IMG/VR virus record: IMGVR_UViG_3300021962_000027
Source: a virus
Direction: 5' to 3' (one strand)
DNA length: 64,000 nt
Below the pieces are notes generated by a model, which had not been told where the DNA came from, did no database searches, and was given only the letters and a program-made list of their open reading frames with translations. Shown one piece after another: positions 61,439 through 64,000 of the stretch. A program made the position numbers and the translations under genes. Position 1 is the first letter of the stretch, and every line of letters starts with the position of its first letter.

Positions 61439-62863
61439 ATGAGTAATATAATAAACAGTTTTGACGATTTAGGTAAAGATTTCCAATTACAACTAATCAA
61501 TGAGATAATTACGGACCATAAATTTGGGTTAGCGATAGTTGACATTATCGACCCCAAGTACTTTTCATCTGAAGCCTTCCAAAGGATAACACACATGATT
61601 AAATCTTATTATAAGAAACATGATGTGTTAATGAACTTCCCAGCTTTAAGAGCGTTAGTTAACCAAGAGGTGAGTTCCGAGCACGTTGCTTTAAGAACAC
61701 AATTAGATGATACTATTACCGATATTGAGAATTGCACAATCGGTAATTTAAATACACAGGATAACGCTAAGAAATTCTGTAAATTACAATCCGTTAGAAC
61801 TGCCGTAAACGAAATAAAAACAAAATTAGATCGTGGTATTATTTCGGATTACGATGAGATCGAAGAAAAGATCAAAAATGCGATAACTTTTAAAGAAGAA
61901 CAAGATCCGATATTATTATTTGATAATATTGACCGAGTTTTATCCGAAGATTATCGTGACCCAGTACCAACTGGTATTCAAGGTATAGATGTTTGTACCA
62001 AAGGTGGTTTGTCAAAAGGTGAGGTTGGTCTGGTTATCGCACCACTTGGTGTTGGTAAAACGACTTTCCTAACCAAGGTAGCTAGTTCGGCATTTCTTGA
62101 AGGTAAAACGGTGTTACAGATTTTCTTTGAAGACAAAGAAGAAGCGGTACAAAGGAAACACTTCTCAGCTTTAACTAAGATACCACTAAGTGAGTTATCT
62201 GAAAACAAAACTTTAATCCAGAACAAAATCAAAAGCATCAAAGAAGAACATAAGAACAATCTTTATCTACAAAAATTACCTTCAGATGGTGTTACGATTA
62301 ATAAATTAAAAAACATCATCAAAAAGATTAATTCTAAGGGTACTAAAGTTGATGTATTAGTTTTGGATTATATTGATTGCCTTTCAATGGAAAAAGAATT
62401 TTCAAATAGCGAAGAGTGGTCAAATGAGGGTAAAATCATGAGAGCGTTTGAGAGTATGGTTGATGAGATGAACGTTGTTGGTTGGACAGCCACACAAGGT
62501 AACAGAAGCTCAACTAGTGTTGAGGTGGTTAAGACCGAGAACATGGGGGGTAACCTAAAGAAAGCACAAATCGCTCACTTTATAATGAGTATCGGTAAAA
62601 CACTTGAACAAAAAGACCAAAAGATCGCAACAATATCGATTCTTAAAAACCGTATGGGTGATGATGGTATGATATTTAAAGATTGCTTATTCGACAACTC
62701 AAGGATTATAATCGACACCAATGACGTACTAACCGAAAAGGGTTTTGAATCACAACAACAACAATCAAAGACCGAACAAAGAAGAAGATATCTTGAAAGC
62801 GTTGCGGCACAAAGAGATACAGAAGTTGAAAATATTTCTTTAGAAATTGATGCTAATATCTAA
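61439..62863 (+). CDS. dnaB: replicative DnaB-like helicase (gp41)
   Basis: PTG...D, APLGVGKT, LDYID, WTATQGNR, KNR.G. Confidence 0.93.
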   Translation: MSNIINSFDDLGKDFQLQLINEIITDHKFGLAIVDIIDPKYFSSEAFQRITHMIKSYYKKHDVLMNFPALRALVNQEVSSEHVALRTQLDDTITDIENCTIGNLNTQDNAKKFCKLQSVRTAVNEIKTKLDRGIISDYDEIEEKIKNAITFKEEQDPILLFDNIDRVLSEDYRDPVPTGIQGIDVCTKGGLSKGEVGLVIAPLGVGKTTFLTKVASSAFLEGKTVLQIFFEDKEEAVQRKHFSALTKIPLSELSENKTLIQNKIKSIKEEHKNNLYLQKLPSDGVTINKLKNIIKKINSKGTKVDVLVLDYIDCLSMEKEFSNSEEWSNEGKIMRAFESMVDEMNVVGWTATQGNRSSTSVEVVKTENMGGNLKKAQIAHFIMSIGKTLEQKDQKIATISILKNRMGDDGMIFKDCLFDNSRIIIDTNDVLTEKGFESQQQQSKTEQRRRYLESVAAQRDTEVENISLEIDANI

Positions 62864-62872
62864 AAACATTAC

Positions 62873-62891
62873 TATCTTTGTTCATATTTAT
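62873..62891 (+). promoter_or_regulatory. adjacent host-type (TATCTTTG) and late-type (TATTTAT) promoter motifs before nrdB
   Basis: Motif matches at 62873-62880 and 62885-62891. Confidence 0.45.
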
Positions 62892-62911
62892 TTAAACAAT
62901 AAAAATTAATT

Positions 62912-63862
62912 ATGCAAGAACCTATTTTACAGGAAAACCCTAACAGATTTGTTATTTTTCCAATTGAACACAATGACATTTGGGAGTTTTATAAACAACA
63001 CCAAGCGGCCTTTTGGACCGCAGAAGAAGTAGATCTATCTAATGATATTAGAGATTGGCAAAATTTAACTGATAATGAAAGATATTTCGTTAAAAACATA
63101 CTTTCATTTTTCGCTTCTTCGGATGGGATTGTAAATGAAAATCTTGCTGAAAATTTTTTAAAAGAGGTCCAATACCCAGAAGCTAAATTTTTCTATGGTA
63201 TGCAAATTGCGATGGAGAATATTCACAGCCTTATGTATTCTTTGTTGATTGATACATACATTTCAAATCACCAAGAGAAAATCGAAAGTTTTAAAGCGTT
63301 AGAATATCTACCCGCTGTTCAGAAAAAAGCTAAATGGGCTTTAGATTGGATCGAAAATTCTTCTTTTCAAGAAAGGTTAGTTGCGTTTGCTGCTGTTGAA
63401 GGTATTTTCTTTTCAGGGTCCTTTTGTTCTATTTTTTGGCTAAAATCAAGAGGATTGATGCAAGGTCTATGTAACGCAAACACCCTTATCTTTAAAGATG
63501 AGAATTTACATTGTGATTTCGCTATTCATTTAATTAATAACCATATTGTTGACAAACCATCTGAGGCTAGGATTAAAGAAATTATTTTATCTGCTTTGGA
63601 TATTGAAAAAGAATTTATCACAGAATCATTACCAGTATCTTTAATTGGTATGAATTCTAATTTAATGAAACAATATTTAGAATTTGTAACTGACGGGTTA
63701 TTAGTTAAATTCGGTTGCAAGAAAGAATTTAATGTCGAACAACCTTTTAAATTCATGGAGCAAATCGCTGTCGAAACAAAGGGTAATTTCTTCGAGTCTA
63801 GAACAATGGAATACCAAAAGGCTAAGTTGAATGAGAAACTTAGTTTCACTGATGATTTCTAA
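62912..63862 (+). CDS. nrdB: ribonucleotide reductase class Ia, beta subunit
   Basis: [45 protein letters not shown]. Confidence 0.97.
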   Translation: MQEPILQENPNRFVIFPIEHNDIWEFYKQHQAAFWTAEEVDLSNDIRDWQNLTDNERYFVKNILSFFASSDGIVNENLAENFLKEVQYPEAKFFYGMQIAMENIHSLMYSLLIDTYISNHQEKIESFKALEYLPAVQKKAKWALDWIENSSFQERLVAFAAVEGIFFSGSFCSIFWLKSRGLMQGLCNANTLIFKDENLHCDFAIHLINNHIVDKPSEARIKEIILSALDIEKEFITESLPVSLIGMNSNLMKQYLEFVTDGLLVKFGCKKEFNVEQPFKFMEQIAVETKGNFFESRTMEYQKAKLNEKLSFTDDF

Positions 63863-63898
63863 TTAAAATTAAAATATTAACATAACATTAAAAATAAA

Positions 63899-64000
63899 AT
63901 GATCATACAAAAACGTAATGATGAACAAGCTGCGTTTAATCCTACAAAGATTTTAACAAGAATTAAAAAAGCTGCCAAAGGTTTAAAAGTTAACACTGAT
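63899..64000 (+). CDS. nrdA: ribonucleotide reductase alpha subunit, N-terminal ATP cone (partial)
   Basis: MIIQKRNDEQAAFNPTKILTRIKKA ATP-cone pattern directly after nrdB; runs off the window. Confidence 0.75.
   Translation, partial: MIIQKRNDEQAAFNPTKILTRIKKAAKGLKVNTD

Noticed and set aside
700-63849. Many 60-160-aa ORFs antisense to or nested in the long genes (e.g. 3512-3883, 56871-57356, 58244-58666)
   Set aside because: They are shadow frames of real genes, with Ser/Leu/Phe-rich composition, no motifs and no independent promoters.
1-64000. Stop-codon reassignment as seen in some large phages
   Set aside because: Standard-code ORFs are full length and tile the window densely, including an 8.5-kb ORF.

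Overview
This is a 64-kb segment of an AT-rich, T4-superfamily-like large myovirus genome in the standard genetic code, with almost no intergenic DNA. TAnnTTTG promoters and A-rich, SD-less leaders point to a Bacteroidota host. The left ~24.5 kb is mostly on the minus strand. It carries a gp55-like late sigma factor, a ~11-kb glycosylation island (several GT2/GT4-type enzymes, NeuB-family synthase, HAD phosphatase, NeuA-family cytidylyltransferase, GT29-like sialyltransferase, Maf/DUF115-like protein, FkbM methyltransferase, plus PhoH and dUTPase), small late genes including a stand-alone WYL protein, a family-B DNA polymerase, a neck protein and an SNF2 helicase. The right part is on the plus strand. 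It holds the tail module (neck, terminator, sheath, tube, chaperone pair, two paralogous tape-measure proteins, giant baseplate proteins with OmpA-like, M23 and lysozyme-like domains) and then replication genes (gp32 SSB, UvsX, RNase H, DnaB/gp41, RNR). The most notable candidates are: (1) a phage-encoded nonulosonic (sialic/KDN-type) acid synthesis, activation and transfer pathway, together with a strongly enriched [S/T]-G-x-T motif in virion proteins, suggesting a virion glycosylation (glycan shield) system; (2) a macrodomain-like module inserted in the proofreading domain of the DNA polymerase, a possible built-in counter to DNA ADP-ribosylation defences; (3) twin tape-measure genes with a probable +1 frameshifted chaperone; and (4) a late promoter that is the reverse complement of the T4 one. 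All product calls come from motif recognition by eye; no database search was run.
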